Below are positions 11,983 through 23,810 of a stretch of DNA of 64,000 nucleotides, one piece after another. This DNA is from Saccostrea cucullata (taxonomy: Eukaryota). The notes under the pieces are model-generated. The model was not told where the DNA came from, ran no database searches, and saw only the letters and a list, made by a program, of their open reading frames with translations. The first letter of the stretch is position 1; the number at the start of each line of letters is the position of its first letter. The DNA lies in assembly GCF_032062105.1 (NCBI RefSeq), contig NW_026927584.1, positions 124,001 to 188,000 of the forward strand, given 5' to 3'. The position numbers and the translations under genes are program-made.

Positions 11983-13019
11983 CACATTTCATTTGATCAT
12001 ATTTCTTCAACGATTTTATGGACAACATTTTTGCACTGTGAATATAATCTATAACGTTAATCTGTTAATCACTGTTAATTGACTTATGATTAGTATGAAT
12101 AACATCACATACCAAATCATTTTAATAAGATTTGATCAATACTCAATTAATATTTTAACTGTTGTCATGACTTGAAATACACTTGAAAAGTTTTTGTACA
12201 TGTACACTGTAGATATATGCAACAAGCTTTTGGAATAAATTACATAACGTTACCATGAAAAAAAAAAGAGAGAATTATTCATAAAATATTACAACCATTA
12301 AAATATGCCATTGGTCCCCGCTTCTGTTGCTTCGTGCCGGTTCAACAATAATATTCCTGTATTATCGTTGAGCAAATTAATTAATTAACATGTATGTGTA
12401 TATGAATTATTTACAGCTTTTTATTCATTAAATGTTTCAAAATACAGATTTAAAAATCATTGCATGTAGTTTGCTTTTATTCCTTTTAATTTTGGTTAAC
12501 TACCGTAAAGTATTAAAATTTGCAATTTTCACCTCGGGACCAATTTAGTGTTATTAGCCTTTAAAAAAGTGTTGTTATTTCCCTACATAACATGGTTCAT
12601 GGAACCGCTTTTGATGGTATCCAACTCATCTTTTGAAATGTGTTAGTACTATTACTTGTCATTCAAAGCAGTTCATGGAAATTTGAAAATCTGTTAACGT
12701 TCTTAGTAATAAGAATCAGGAAACTATGCACGTAGTAAACATATTTTTGAAGAAAAAAAATCGGAGACTTCCAAGAATAGATACTGAGCTAGATTAGATG
12801 AAACCCTAACGCTCTCCAGTTTTTGTTTCCATTTCGAGTCTGATATCCTTAAGCGTTGAAACGCAAAAGTATCACATTTTCTTTTTTAACAAACAGTTCA
12901 ATCCAAAAGATTTTATCAATACATGTACACTGATGTATTTGTCTTGTTTTATATCAAGCTTTCATCAGAATTGTTTAATTGATGATCAGAAATGGCTATC
13001 CGAATTTTCATGGAGTTTG

Positions 13020-13620
13020 TAAAGGTTCATTCTAGTCCTATCTATTCCCACTTTTTGAAAATCAGGTAGAAAAAGGTCAGGTTTTATGTGGGAATAGGTG
13101 GAATTTTTGTGTAAACAAATTATTAACTATGAAAAACATATAACTACTGTACAAACAATGATTAATGAACACCTATTGGAATAGAGGACAGGTATGTTTG
13201 CTTTATTAAATTATAAATCAGACTTTGTACTAATATTTGAAAGGAAAATGGACTTTTAATAGAATTGAAATATATTTTTTCTCTGTTAATATATTCATTC
13301 TAAAATCCATAGATCTGAATGACTTTTTTTTCTCAATAAATCTATTTGTTTTATGGTCTGAAATGAAGATATTAAGTAGCACTTTCTTGTAAGACCCTTT
13401 TTTTATTTCAAAAATCCGAAATAAATCATATTTTCTCATAGATGTCTTCAATACTTTCTGTCTTAAAATGTACAAAATACAGGTAAATCTAAAGAGCAGA
13501 TATAATTAGTCTAGTAACTGTAAAAATAAATTAACTATCTAAACATCTATTGTTATTTGCAAGTGGGAATAGGTGGAACTGAGATTTTAAAAAGGTGGGA
13601 ATAGGTAGAAGACACCTTTG
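13020..13620. mobile_element. Degenerate MITE with imperfect inverted ends
   Basis: 'aaagg..ctatctattcccactttttgaaaatc' at the left versus 'gattttaaaaaggtgggaataggtagaagacaccttt' at the right, with internal gtgggaataggtgg repeats. Confidence 0.4.
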
Positions 13621-14585
13621 TAAAGACTACGCGTATGTACATGCCTGAGGACAGTCCATTGTTCCCCTTAGGTAGGAAAACCTCTCAAATCACATAGAAT
13701 ATACAAAAAATACACAAACACCCTATCTTTGCGACACGTGTGGCACGTGCGGAGAGGTGCCCTAGACCACAAGGATCAGCACAATGTATGAATGATAGAA
13801 TTTTATCTTATCAGTTTATAATGCCATTCATCATGGATTTTTAAAATGCAGTTTTCTATTCCTGTTCGTGTATTTTTATTCAATTTACTGACAGTGAAAT
13901 GTGAAAATTAATTTAATGAGTCCAACTTTTGAAAATTAGTGCGACACTTAAACCTATAAACAACATTGTCCAGACTGGTATATAGGTCCCTGCTATTGAT
14001 TACCATTTCTAATTTGATGCCTTAAAAATGTTTATATCACTTAGTGGGATTTCATCGCAGTATCACACTGTACATTGTTAAACATGGAATATATCCCATG
14101 GATTATGATTATGAAATCCCACTCAAATGGGATGTTTATATGGATACAGTTTAGTAAGCCTTTCCAAAAGCAAAGGAATTGATTGTCTTGATTAGAATTG
14201 CACTTATACCTCAAATACGACATAATTAATTTCTGGGATCGTGTTGTGCACATCAATCAACAACCTTTGAAAACCTAACCCAGACCACTGTGTTCATACG
14301 ATTACATTCACCAGAAATAAGATATAAAGCATCTTTTGAGTTTTAGGTTTAAAATTTAAAAAGCACTTCGAATTCATAGCATATTATTATAAATCCGGTC
14401 TCCACCTTTTTTTGTCTTTTATATATTCCATATTTCCTCAAACAACACTGCGATTTAAAACAAATTCAATCTATTAAATATGATATTCATTTTGTGGTTT
14501 TTTTTTTAAAAACCTCAGATGTAAATACATAATATTGTACTGTAAATACGAATAAGCAATGTTAACGTTTAAAGAAATGGTGAAT

Positions 14586-16142
14586 TCAACTGAAATTGAA
14601 TGTCCCGATTTCTGTCGGTTGTTGTCGAGAGTCGGAGGACCTTGTCTCCTTTAAGGCTGATTTCCTGTCTTCCAGTTCCTCAGGGGACACATCTAGAATG
14701 GCTGAAGGAGTCCTCTGCAATGTCGGTTCCTGCGAGGAGAGCCTTTGTAGCTTTAGGTTAAGGGATTCGTTTTTGTTAGTTGTTGCTACATTGTCTTGTT
14801 GTCGAGCTTCAGGGCTTTTAACTTCTTTTAACTCAGATTTCTTTATTTCAAGTTCCTTTGCAGAGAGACTGTACAAGAAAGGGGGCGTTTTGGTGATTAC
14901 AGAGTCTGCATTATCAGACTTATTACCATTTTTGATAGCATTTCCAATAACTATGTCTTTTGTTGGACCAATCTGAATTCTAGCAATATGCTTTCCATCA
15001 AAGTTATCCGCAGTAGTTGGGGTTGAGGTAACACTAGGAGAGTTGTTGTTGAGTTCAATAGTGGGGGATGAATCGCTTTTCCTAGAGATCATATTTCCGT
15101 TCTGTTGAGTCGTCTTCTGTTCGTTGCAGCCTTCAACAACAGCTTTGTTGAGAAGTGGGCCATTTTGTTCTATGTATAATGCTGGCCAGACAACATAATC
15201 TACAAACTTTCCACTATTTTTATACCCTCTGTGACATTCACTGTTGAACTCTGTAAAATCTGCACAAAGATACATTGGAGGCGTTTGAATGCAAGCATAC
15301 CAGCACACTTCCAGACACCGGTCTTGATAATTCTGCAGAGATGTAATCTCTTCTTTATTGGGAAATTTCTGTAAATTCAAGCACACATTTTTGAATCCTG
15401 CAATATCCTAATTACTAGCAAGTTCTTTTTTCTTTAATGTTAACATAAGTTTCTTTTTAAATAAAACTATGAGATACAGTACTCATTCATAGTTCTTGTC
15501 CAAAACTGTTTTATGATATTGAGGGCATGTATATCTCAAAAAGGTTGATATTTAAATCACATTTTTGTCGAATACCTTCATGAACAGGGAACTTACCCTT
15601 TTAATAGATGTCGCAAGTTCTGTAGCAACACTTTTGATGAACTCATTGAGCTTAGTCGAGGTAGTCTGAGACAATGTCGTCGTTGTGTCCGTCTAAAAGC
15701 AAAACTTTCTATTAAAAAATCATGATTGTGTTTTCTTATCCCTCAGTCATAGAAATGCAGAGAAAGAGAGAATTACCTCTATATCATCCAGGAACAACAG
15801 AGAAGCCGCCAGACGTTTCCCCTGCTTCTCTGATTCGCGTTTGCAAAATGCATAGCATTCCTGCAGTAAGACCAATTGAATAGTAAGCTATAAAATTTGA
15901 AAATTGTCTTTAAAGTTGAGACTGTTGATAGCAAAATAATATATACCATTATGATATCCAGTAACCGTTTTGTAATGACACAGTCGCTTCGTTCAATGTC
16001 AGTCTTGGCTTCCAAACTGAGGCGCTCAAACGCTTCCGTCCATTGGTTGTCGTAAATCTCGCTGAACATCTCTGACAACTTCTGTGGTCTTCTGGGATCG
16101 CTGAGATCCGTTATGGCGGAGTTACTCTCCATTAGCGTCAAA
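14586..16142 (-). CDS. G2: MIEAP/SPATA18-like domain protein with a long C-terminal tail (start possibly ATG 16132; ~395 aa)
   Basis: Exons 15947-16142 (..NSAITDLSDPRRPQKLSEMFSEIYDNQWTEAF..), 15777-15860 (ECYAFCK..), 15597-15692 and 14586-15407 (..CLEVCWYACIQTPPM..SGKFVDYVVWPALYIEQNGPLLNKAVVE..). All in frame. Confidence 0.8.
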
Positions 16143-16344
16143 CTGTTTTATTTCACTTGTGCTGAAATGAGTAAAGCTAGGGTAGGTACATGTATTGATT
16201 TTGAGAAATATTGAAAACTAATACCGCTTCTGCTACTAAATGCTCTCCTTCAGATGAAAATAATACTTTGAACTATGAAATAGTTTTTTTGTCTAAAACA
16301 GTAAATGATTTTGCTCGTTTTATTTTCTTTTATTTCCTCGTAGT

Positions 16345-17037
16345 TTTTTGTCCCCCGGCTTTGCGAAAGCGAGGGGACATATCATTTCATTCGACTGACT
16401 GTCAATTTGCCCGTCTGTCACTATTTCACAAAAAAATATATTTTGTTTTTAACTCCTAAATGAAAACAGATACATGTAGGACAAACATATTTTACATGTT
16501 TATTACCCGTAAAAAGACATTTCCAAATTTACTATTTTTGACACCGTGAACTTGGCCTTTAAGTTTTGCCTATTTTTAAAAAGTTTTATCATTGCTTTAA
16601 ATTCATTTGGTCAAAACTTTAGAAAGAGAAAAGATATAGTGCTTTCATATTATACATGTATATTATCTGTGACAAGAACTTTCTCAATACATGTGTATAC
16701 TATGATGTTTGAACATGTGACCTTGAAATTTGACCTTCTTTTCAAAAATGTTAACCTACCTTATAACTTTTTGATTTGATAAAAGAAATAGGGCTTTAAT
16801 ATTTGACGTGTGTATTGCATGTGACGAGATGTTTCAGAATATGCTATGTATTTTGACCCATCAGAGACCTTCATGTTTGATCTTATTTTCAAAAAATTAA
16901 CTTAAAAATTAATTACTTTTAAATGACACATGAAAATGCAATGATAATATTAAACAATATGCCATAAATAATGACATTCCATCCACTAAAACATCGAAAG
17001 CGGGGGACCAATATTCTTTGAATTACATGTAGCTTGT
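16345..17037 (-). mobile_element. HINE-like element (reverse) with 'ttgacctt' tandem repeats
   Basis: Terminal hairpin 'tgtcccccggctttgcgaaagcgaggggaca', a ctgtc tract, internal repeats, and a subterminal 'aagcgggggac..cttgtt'. Confidence 0.55.
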
Positions 17038-18730
17038 TATTCAAATCAGTCCTATTTGTTAACTCCATAGCTTATTACACATGGAAAAATTTAAGGATTA
17101 ATTATTTGACGTTTTACAAAGAAAAGCCATTTGGTTTTTCAATCAGATATACAGAGATAGTACTGTGCTAAATTGGTGTCAGTATGATACTATGAATTTT
17201 CTTGTCGACTATAGTCTAATAAAGATTAAGGTCATACAACTGAAATTAGTCTATATGTGTACGAAGTAGCAACCAGATAAATGTACAGTGTTAAAAATGC
17301 ATATTCTAAAGTATATCCCCGGGTAGTACAAGAAAATGTAGCGTACTTACCTCGCTATAAAAGTTAGTCTGTACTGGTTTTGTCATCGTCCTCTGTGATT
17401 GTCTGTTCCTATATTTGACCTACTCTCTCTCCTCTGTGTATATTTTCCATAGAATGAACGTAAAGTTATTAAAATAAATCATTAATATTTACAAACTTAG
17501 AAGTACGCATCCTAATAGTTGTAAATTATAACCTTAAGTTATAGTGTGACAAATGTAAATATACTTACACCTATACGGTGTGTTGACGTTGAAGATCGCT
17601 GACCTGTTGATAAAGATGTGTTTTATATTTATTACCGGCATTGACAGGTAAAAACTTCGCTCCAAGGTTGTAGATACATATCAGGTATCAGGAAGAAGAA
17701 TTTTTGTTGAATGAAAAAAAAAATCCTTTCACCTGAGCACTGCCTTTTTGTTAATTGTCTGGCAATCACGTGAGCTAATAATGTACCATTGCCAGACTTG
17801 TATAGTTTTGTTATATACATACATGTAATTAATGGGGATGGCCACCTTTTTGTTTTACTTTCGAAGTCGCATTTATATTCTCATTATGAGTCTTGATTGA
17901 ATATAAATGCTTGTGCCGTTTTATTTCAATCTTGTCATGCCGACTACTGTCTCACCTTGCATAAGTGTTCATTACCGAATTCTATTTTAGTACTGTGCAC
18001 GCAAATGGCCCGTATTGCATAATTATAGTCCTATATTCCACGTATAAAAGGAAAGTACATCATGTATGGTATTATATTACTTTAAAAAATTGATAGATCT
18101 CTGTGGATACTTCTAAAATGTTTTATGACCAGTAACTTACCCCCTCCCTCTGATTGGTCCGAGAATTTGGTTGTTTGCCACTTAGCTAGTTATCGTAGGT
18201 TCTTGGTAATACTTACATAACTTCCTGTCATAATTTTGGCAATGTCGTACACTGATTTAAAATGACACAATTTAAATATCTGCTGGGTTTCTTTATCTGT
18301 AAGGTCTCTGCTTTATGTAGCATGGTGACTTTTTTTAAAAGATAAAATTTGACTGGGAAAATTCCAAAGGGTAAAGTGCAGACATAGGCAACATTCATGC
18401 ATTGTCAGGATGTAGAAATTAATATCACCAGGAAAACTAATGTTAAACAAACTTCATCATGTACAGTCAGTTTTTTTAATTAACAACATCCAACAAAAAA
18501 TGCAATATATCTGATAATAATGGATAATTACTAAAAGTGTATGAAAGAAACGGTTTATACATACATGTATAATAAACAATACAATGAAATAAAATTAAAA
18601 TACAATATCACTTATTATGATAGATAATGATTAAAAAGTTTATAAAAAAACTTACAACTATTCTTAAGTTAAATACTTGAAGTAGAGTATAAATCTAATG
18701 GAATGATACGTGATTTATTCTGATATAAAC

Positions 18731-21700
18731 TTAATTGCTATGCGGTTGGACAACGCCTTTCTTTAAAAGCGGACCACCCTCGTGTAATAGTAACGACGGC
18801 CATACATTAAAAGACACAGTTTTTCCTTTCCCACTGTACAGTCTTAAATGCTCAGACACTCTCTGTCCTTCATGGGCCCAAAGTAAACACATAGGCGGAT
18901 CCTGAATATTGAAAAGCCAGGACAATTGTATGCACAGGTTGGAGTATTTCATTAAATTGTCTGTGTGTAAATCAGGGTCAATCATTTTGGACAACTGCTT
19001 CCGTGTGAACAGCTGCAATGAATAAAAGTTTCAAAAATGACAAATATTAAAAATAAAAGTGTAAACTTTTCAACTTTTAAAAATTTCCTCTTAACTTACC
19101 ATTTGTATTGAATGAATACTGAGCACACCGTGATCTTTCCTGAATTCTTTCAAACATCTTGAGGCTTCTTTTTGTAATTTTTTACTCACATTTAGCTACG
19201 AATAAATAAGAATCAAATTATCTTGAACTTGTATAATTTTAAGTGAAAAATTTTGATTGTGAAATTTTTATTAGCGAAATACATGTAAACATGAAATATG
19301 TATACGTACCTCATATTTTATTTTCAAATTTTAATAAGAATAAATTTTCAAGGATTCTTTTATCAAAGTTAGAAACACATTTTTTAATCCCTCACCCACT
19401 CTGGTACATTCCTCATGGGGAACAGAATCTTCTCCCACATTTCCTGGAACTGGTCCGAGGCCAGAGTCTTACAGTACTGGAATGCTGCCTGTAAAACAAA
19501 ACATAGATTCAAATTTAATATATAGAATATAATTCTATGAAATTTATAATTCCTTTATGCTATAGCCAAAACGTAGAGAGCACGGAGATATTTGAAATAA
19601 AACTTCTGGGGTGATAATAAAAAGAACGTCTAGAATTTGGGTTCTCTCCTTGTTTTTCTTAAAATGGAGAGCGATCTAGTCTAGCATTTTTTTGCAAATG
19701 TAATGGAATATAGTTGAAACACGGGGCTAGGTTAGCAAGAAGACTCTACGTGTAATAAGCATTTAATTAAATTATAATATTGGCACACGAAGTTTATAAG
19801 CTGCCTTTTAAGTCTTTAGAAATGATATTATTTTACCTCTAAAATGTCTGCCAAAAGTTTGATATTCCCATCCTCGTGATTCTCTTTGGTCATGCGTAGT
19901 TCCTCTAGAACCATTGTCCACTCGTTGTCGTAAAGTTCCGAGAATCGCTCGGCGAGATTTGTAGGTCTGTTTGTGTCGCCGAGATTTGAAACTGTCGAAT
20001 CTTGATCTTTATCTCTGTGCTTTTCTTCCTCCAATTTACTTAATCTGTGAAAATTCGATGCAACGTTAACTTAATCTATATGCATCTCTTAGAAACAAAG
20101 ATGTAGAAATATGCTCTCAATGTATCCAAAATAGTTTTAGAATATGATTCTTTTTGTGACTATAGTAATAATTGGCTTCAGGTGCCGTACACGAAATGCA
20201 TGTACATGTGTAGTTTTAGCAAAGCAAATGGAGTTTTGCTGAAAATGTGTACACGCATTCCTGTGTTATAATAAATGCCATTGGTATCTATCTTAATTTT
20301 TAGGCACGTTTCATGTTTATTCAAATGATATAAATACTACCTAATTTTTAATTCTTCGATTTCTTTTTGCTGTGATTCTATAAGACTTGGCTGGTTCTCA
20401 TGTCGGGCTGTCTCAGCTGGTTTCTCGTCCTCACTGACGTATCTCTCGGTGTTCACTTCGTCCGTCTCTTCCTGTTTCTCTATCACAAAGGTTTTGGAGG
20501 CTCGAGTCAGACTGTCTAACTCTGTTGGTACATCCATAAGATCGTGTATTCCAGTGAATTTCTTACTCTCAACTGTTCTCTGGAAAGAAGGAATACTTGT
20601 AACTTTTTTAATGACATTTACGTAGTGCAAGATTTTATGTCTTTACTAGAAGATTATTGTATATAAAATAAATTGAAAGAGAGAAAGGTCTGATTATTAA
20701 TCAGACCTTTCTCTCTTTCAATATTATTTTTATTCTCTGACTCAAATATAAATGCAATCACTTTTGATATTTGAAAGACATGATAATAAAGGACAATGGC
20801 TAAAAATATTGGGAAGACATGAGGTAACCAATAACCTGCTTGTGCACTCTGTACACGAGTGTATCATACTATCATATTATCATTCATGCCCAAAGTTCAA
20901 AGAGGGAACACGTTCAAAATTATATGAAATGAGATGAATGTTTACAAGACTTAACAAAACTTGGTTGAAAATTTTACTGCATTATATCTGAGGTAAAGAA
21001 TGTCCTTCGAAATTCAACGAGAAGTTTTGGTGGAAGGGATTACTCTGGAAAATTTTTAAATGTTTCACTTAGCAGTGACTTGTCTAAGAATTCAAAACGA
21101 TAGTGTTTGACTTAATATATGTAGAAACTTAACAATGATGATTGACTTACAGGAACTTGTAACTTGTCTAAAAATGAACATGATCGTGATTGACTTACAG
21201 GAACGGGTCTGTATCCTTTCTTCAGAGCTTTCATCAGAGTTGTGTAGTCTATCTGGGCGTCCACCAGAACCATCTCTAGTTTGTCCCAGTCCTTCTCCTC
21301 TGCTGCTTTAAGGGCCGTCCGGAGGGACTCTACCTACATTGTCATTATTTTATAAAGAAATCTGTGATTTACTCACATTAATGTTACAAATGTGATATAT
21401 TCTCTTGTTTTTAAATAATCCAGCTGTGTGTATTGGTCACAGGTTTCATTTTTCAAAGAAAAAAAAAATCAAACATATCAACTTAAGAATCTTAAACTGC
21501 ATTTTTTATACGTAGATTAGACTCTTAGTAATATGCTTTCATCTCCTTTATACTTTTATATTCAGTTTTCATACCTGTTATAGCCTTTTCTGTTCAAATT
21601 CAAGCTTACAGATTCATAATTGAATCCCAGTAATTAATTAGAATCGGATATAGAACATGAAATAATGTAATTTATCAATCTATATTGACCTACATTATCA

Positions 21701-21840
21701 GCCTGGGCCCCCACCACTCCTTTCATCAGGTTATTGAGATCCGCCCTGGCGTTCTGAATCATTTCCCGCGTTAGGAGGTGGTACTTCTTCTGGGCCACGA
21801 GCCCGACCACGCCCTGTAGCACCTTACCGAGCCCCGACAT
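18731..21840 (-). CDS. G3: MIEAP/SPATA18-like domain protein, 7 exons, ~399 aa
   Basis: Exons 21694-21840, 21199-21333, 20341-20579, 19837-20044 (RLSK..NLGDTNRPTNLAERFSELYDNEW), 19396-19488 (AAFQYCK), 19100-19195 and 18731-19012 (CIQLSWLFNIQDPPM..VWPSLLLHEGGPLLKKGVVQ). Total 1200 nt, ATG to TAA, no internal stops. Confidence 0.85.
20672..20722. repeat. 51-bp palindrome (25+1+25) in a G3 intron
   Basis: attgaaagagagaaaggtctgatta-t-taatcagacctttctctctttcaat. Confidence 0.9.
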
Positions 21841-23034
21841 CTCCTACAGCATCCTCAGCTTCAAGTCCGCAAGAAAACGAAATCATTCTCAAAATAATCT
21901 ACACATTTTTACAGAAAGCCTTGTATCAAGTCTATACTATCAATGGCTTTTTTCTCTCTATCATGGTTTTTCCCAATCTCATGGATGTTTACATAGAAAG
22001 TGGCGAATAAACAGTTTGTAAACAAATATATTTATCGATTTAATGTTTACTTACATATATGTGCTACTTCTTACCTTAAAGTGCGGACAAAGTCTTGACA
22101 TGACCTAAAAATCAGCATTTGCGACTATACACAGTCCACGAAGATATTAAATTACATATCGGCGAAGATCTTTTTAATGGTACTACATTGTTTCCGATCG
22201 CTGATCATATTAGCATATGCTCGCCCTGATTAAGGTTTCTTGTTTAAGAATCCCACACTGTGCATTTAAATGCCTCCTGATTGACTTAATCAATACGAGA
22301 TTATGAGGGGTTTGAAAACATTTCACAGTTCAATATTCATGTTTAGTTAAATCCTGGTTCCCCACTGATTTATCTGTTTGGATCGATAAAATTGATACTT
22401 TTTCCCTTTTAAATCTTAAACTTGTTGATTCCTTCAAAATGGAATTTCTGAGTTTCCACATAAACTAATTCCCGATGCCTGTACATTGCGAAAATTATTT
22501 ATCAGTAATAAAATAGAATTTTATCTACATAGAGTCAATGATTTTTCTTTAAACTAAAGCAATAATGTGTAATATTATTTATGTGTTTGCATGTTTTATA
22601 CCTTAATTAAAATTTAAAGAACAAGCAGTTTATATTAAAAGCGTAATAAAGTAAAAAAAAACAAAAACAACAACCATCCTGAGCAGTCTTTCGCCGATTA
22701 AAAGAGACATTGAAAGCACGATATACTAGTATCGTATAAATGAAATAGACTCGCTCTAAACCCTTCATTATGATACCTTTCTGAATTCGATTATTACCCC
22801 CGCCCACTCTAATTTCTTAGTTCTTATGATCTAGTGGCAAACACTATGAATGGTACCTAATTGTATACCAGTGATTACATAACAAGCCAAACAATTAATA
22901 CGTAAAATATTAGATTTAATCAACATAAATATTTTACTTTAAAGACTGACGTGGTATGCCTACATGCAGCGATAAGTACGTTTTACTTACTATTTTTCTT
23001 CTTCTTCTTTTAAATATGAGTATTTTACCCTATC

Positions 23035-23330
23035 TTTGGACTTTCAGTAGGCGTGACTTTCTCGGCGCTACGTAATGGAGAATATTAGTAGATTCTCATT
23101 GGTTACGAAATTAATAACATAGGAACTTAAAATTGTTGTTGATAACGATCAGACGACTTATGCCCCACCTCTGTGCCGTGAGAGAACTTTTAATTGGCTA
23201 TTTACTACACCAGTTGACATTCGGCCGCATTTCTATCATATGTATATTTCAACAGCGAAGGGAAGCTGTGTAAATTTCAGAAGCTAATTAGGTAACGTCG
23301 AGAATGCCACGCCTTACTGAAAGTCCACAC
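23035..23330. mobile_element. Palindromic MITE; related copy at ~44342-44655
   Basis: Inverted ends 'tggactttcagtaggcgtg' / 'cacgccttactgaaagtcca'. The internal 'atgtatatttcaacag..gctgtgtaaa' is shared with the 44.3-44.65 kb copy. Confidence 0.55.
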
Positions 23331-23810
23331 TAAGCGTGTAATTCTTCTAAATAGATTAAATACAGTTAAAACGAACACTCTGTTCTTATTTAACTCATAT
23401 TTTGTTGAACTGGCACTGTCATTTCTCTAAATGTAATAACATGCGAATTTTCAACTTAAAATTCCCATAAATATTTTTTACCACAATTTTTTTTCGTAAC
23501 AGATTTTGCAAAAAATATTTTTATTTAACTTAAAACATTAACAAAACAGTACAACTTTGGTAGAGTACATGAATACACGTTGATGCGTTTGTAGACATTA
23601 ATGTATTAAAGCTTATATCATGTACTTTTAAAGAGACAATTCACAATACAATTTATACAAGAATCATAGCGGTAAAAGTAAGGTAGATACAATATGTGCC
23701 TAAAGAGCGATATATCTTGTTTGCCTACATTGATACAAGTTCAAATGATAATCACATTGTCACGTGATTAATATTTTGTGAATTTTAAACTACATTGTAG
23801 TTTAATTCCA

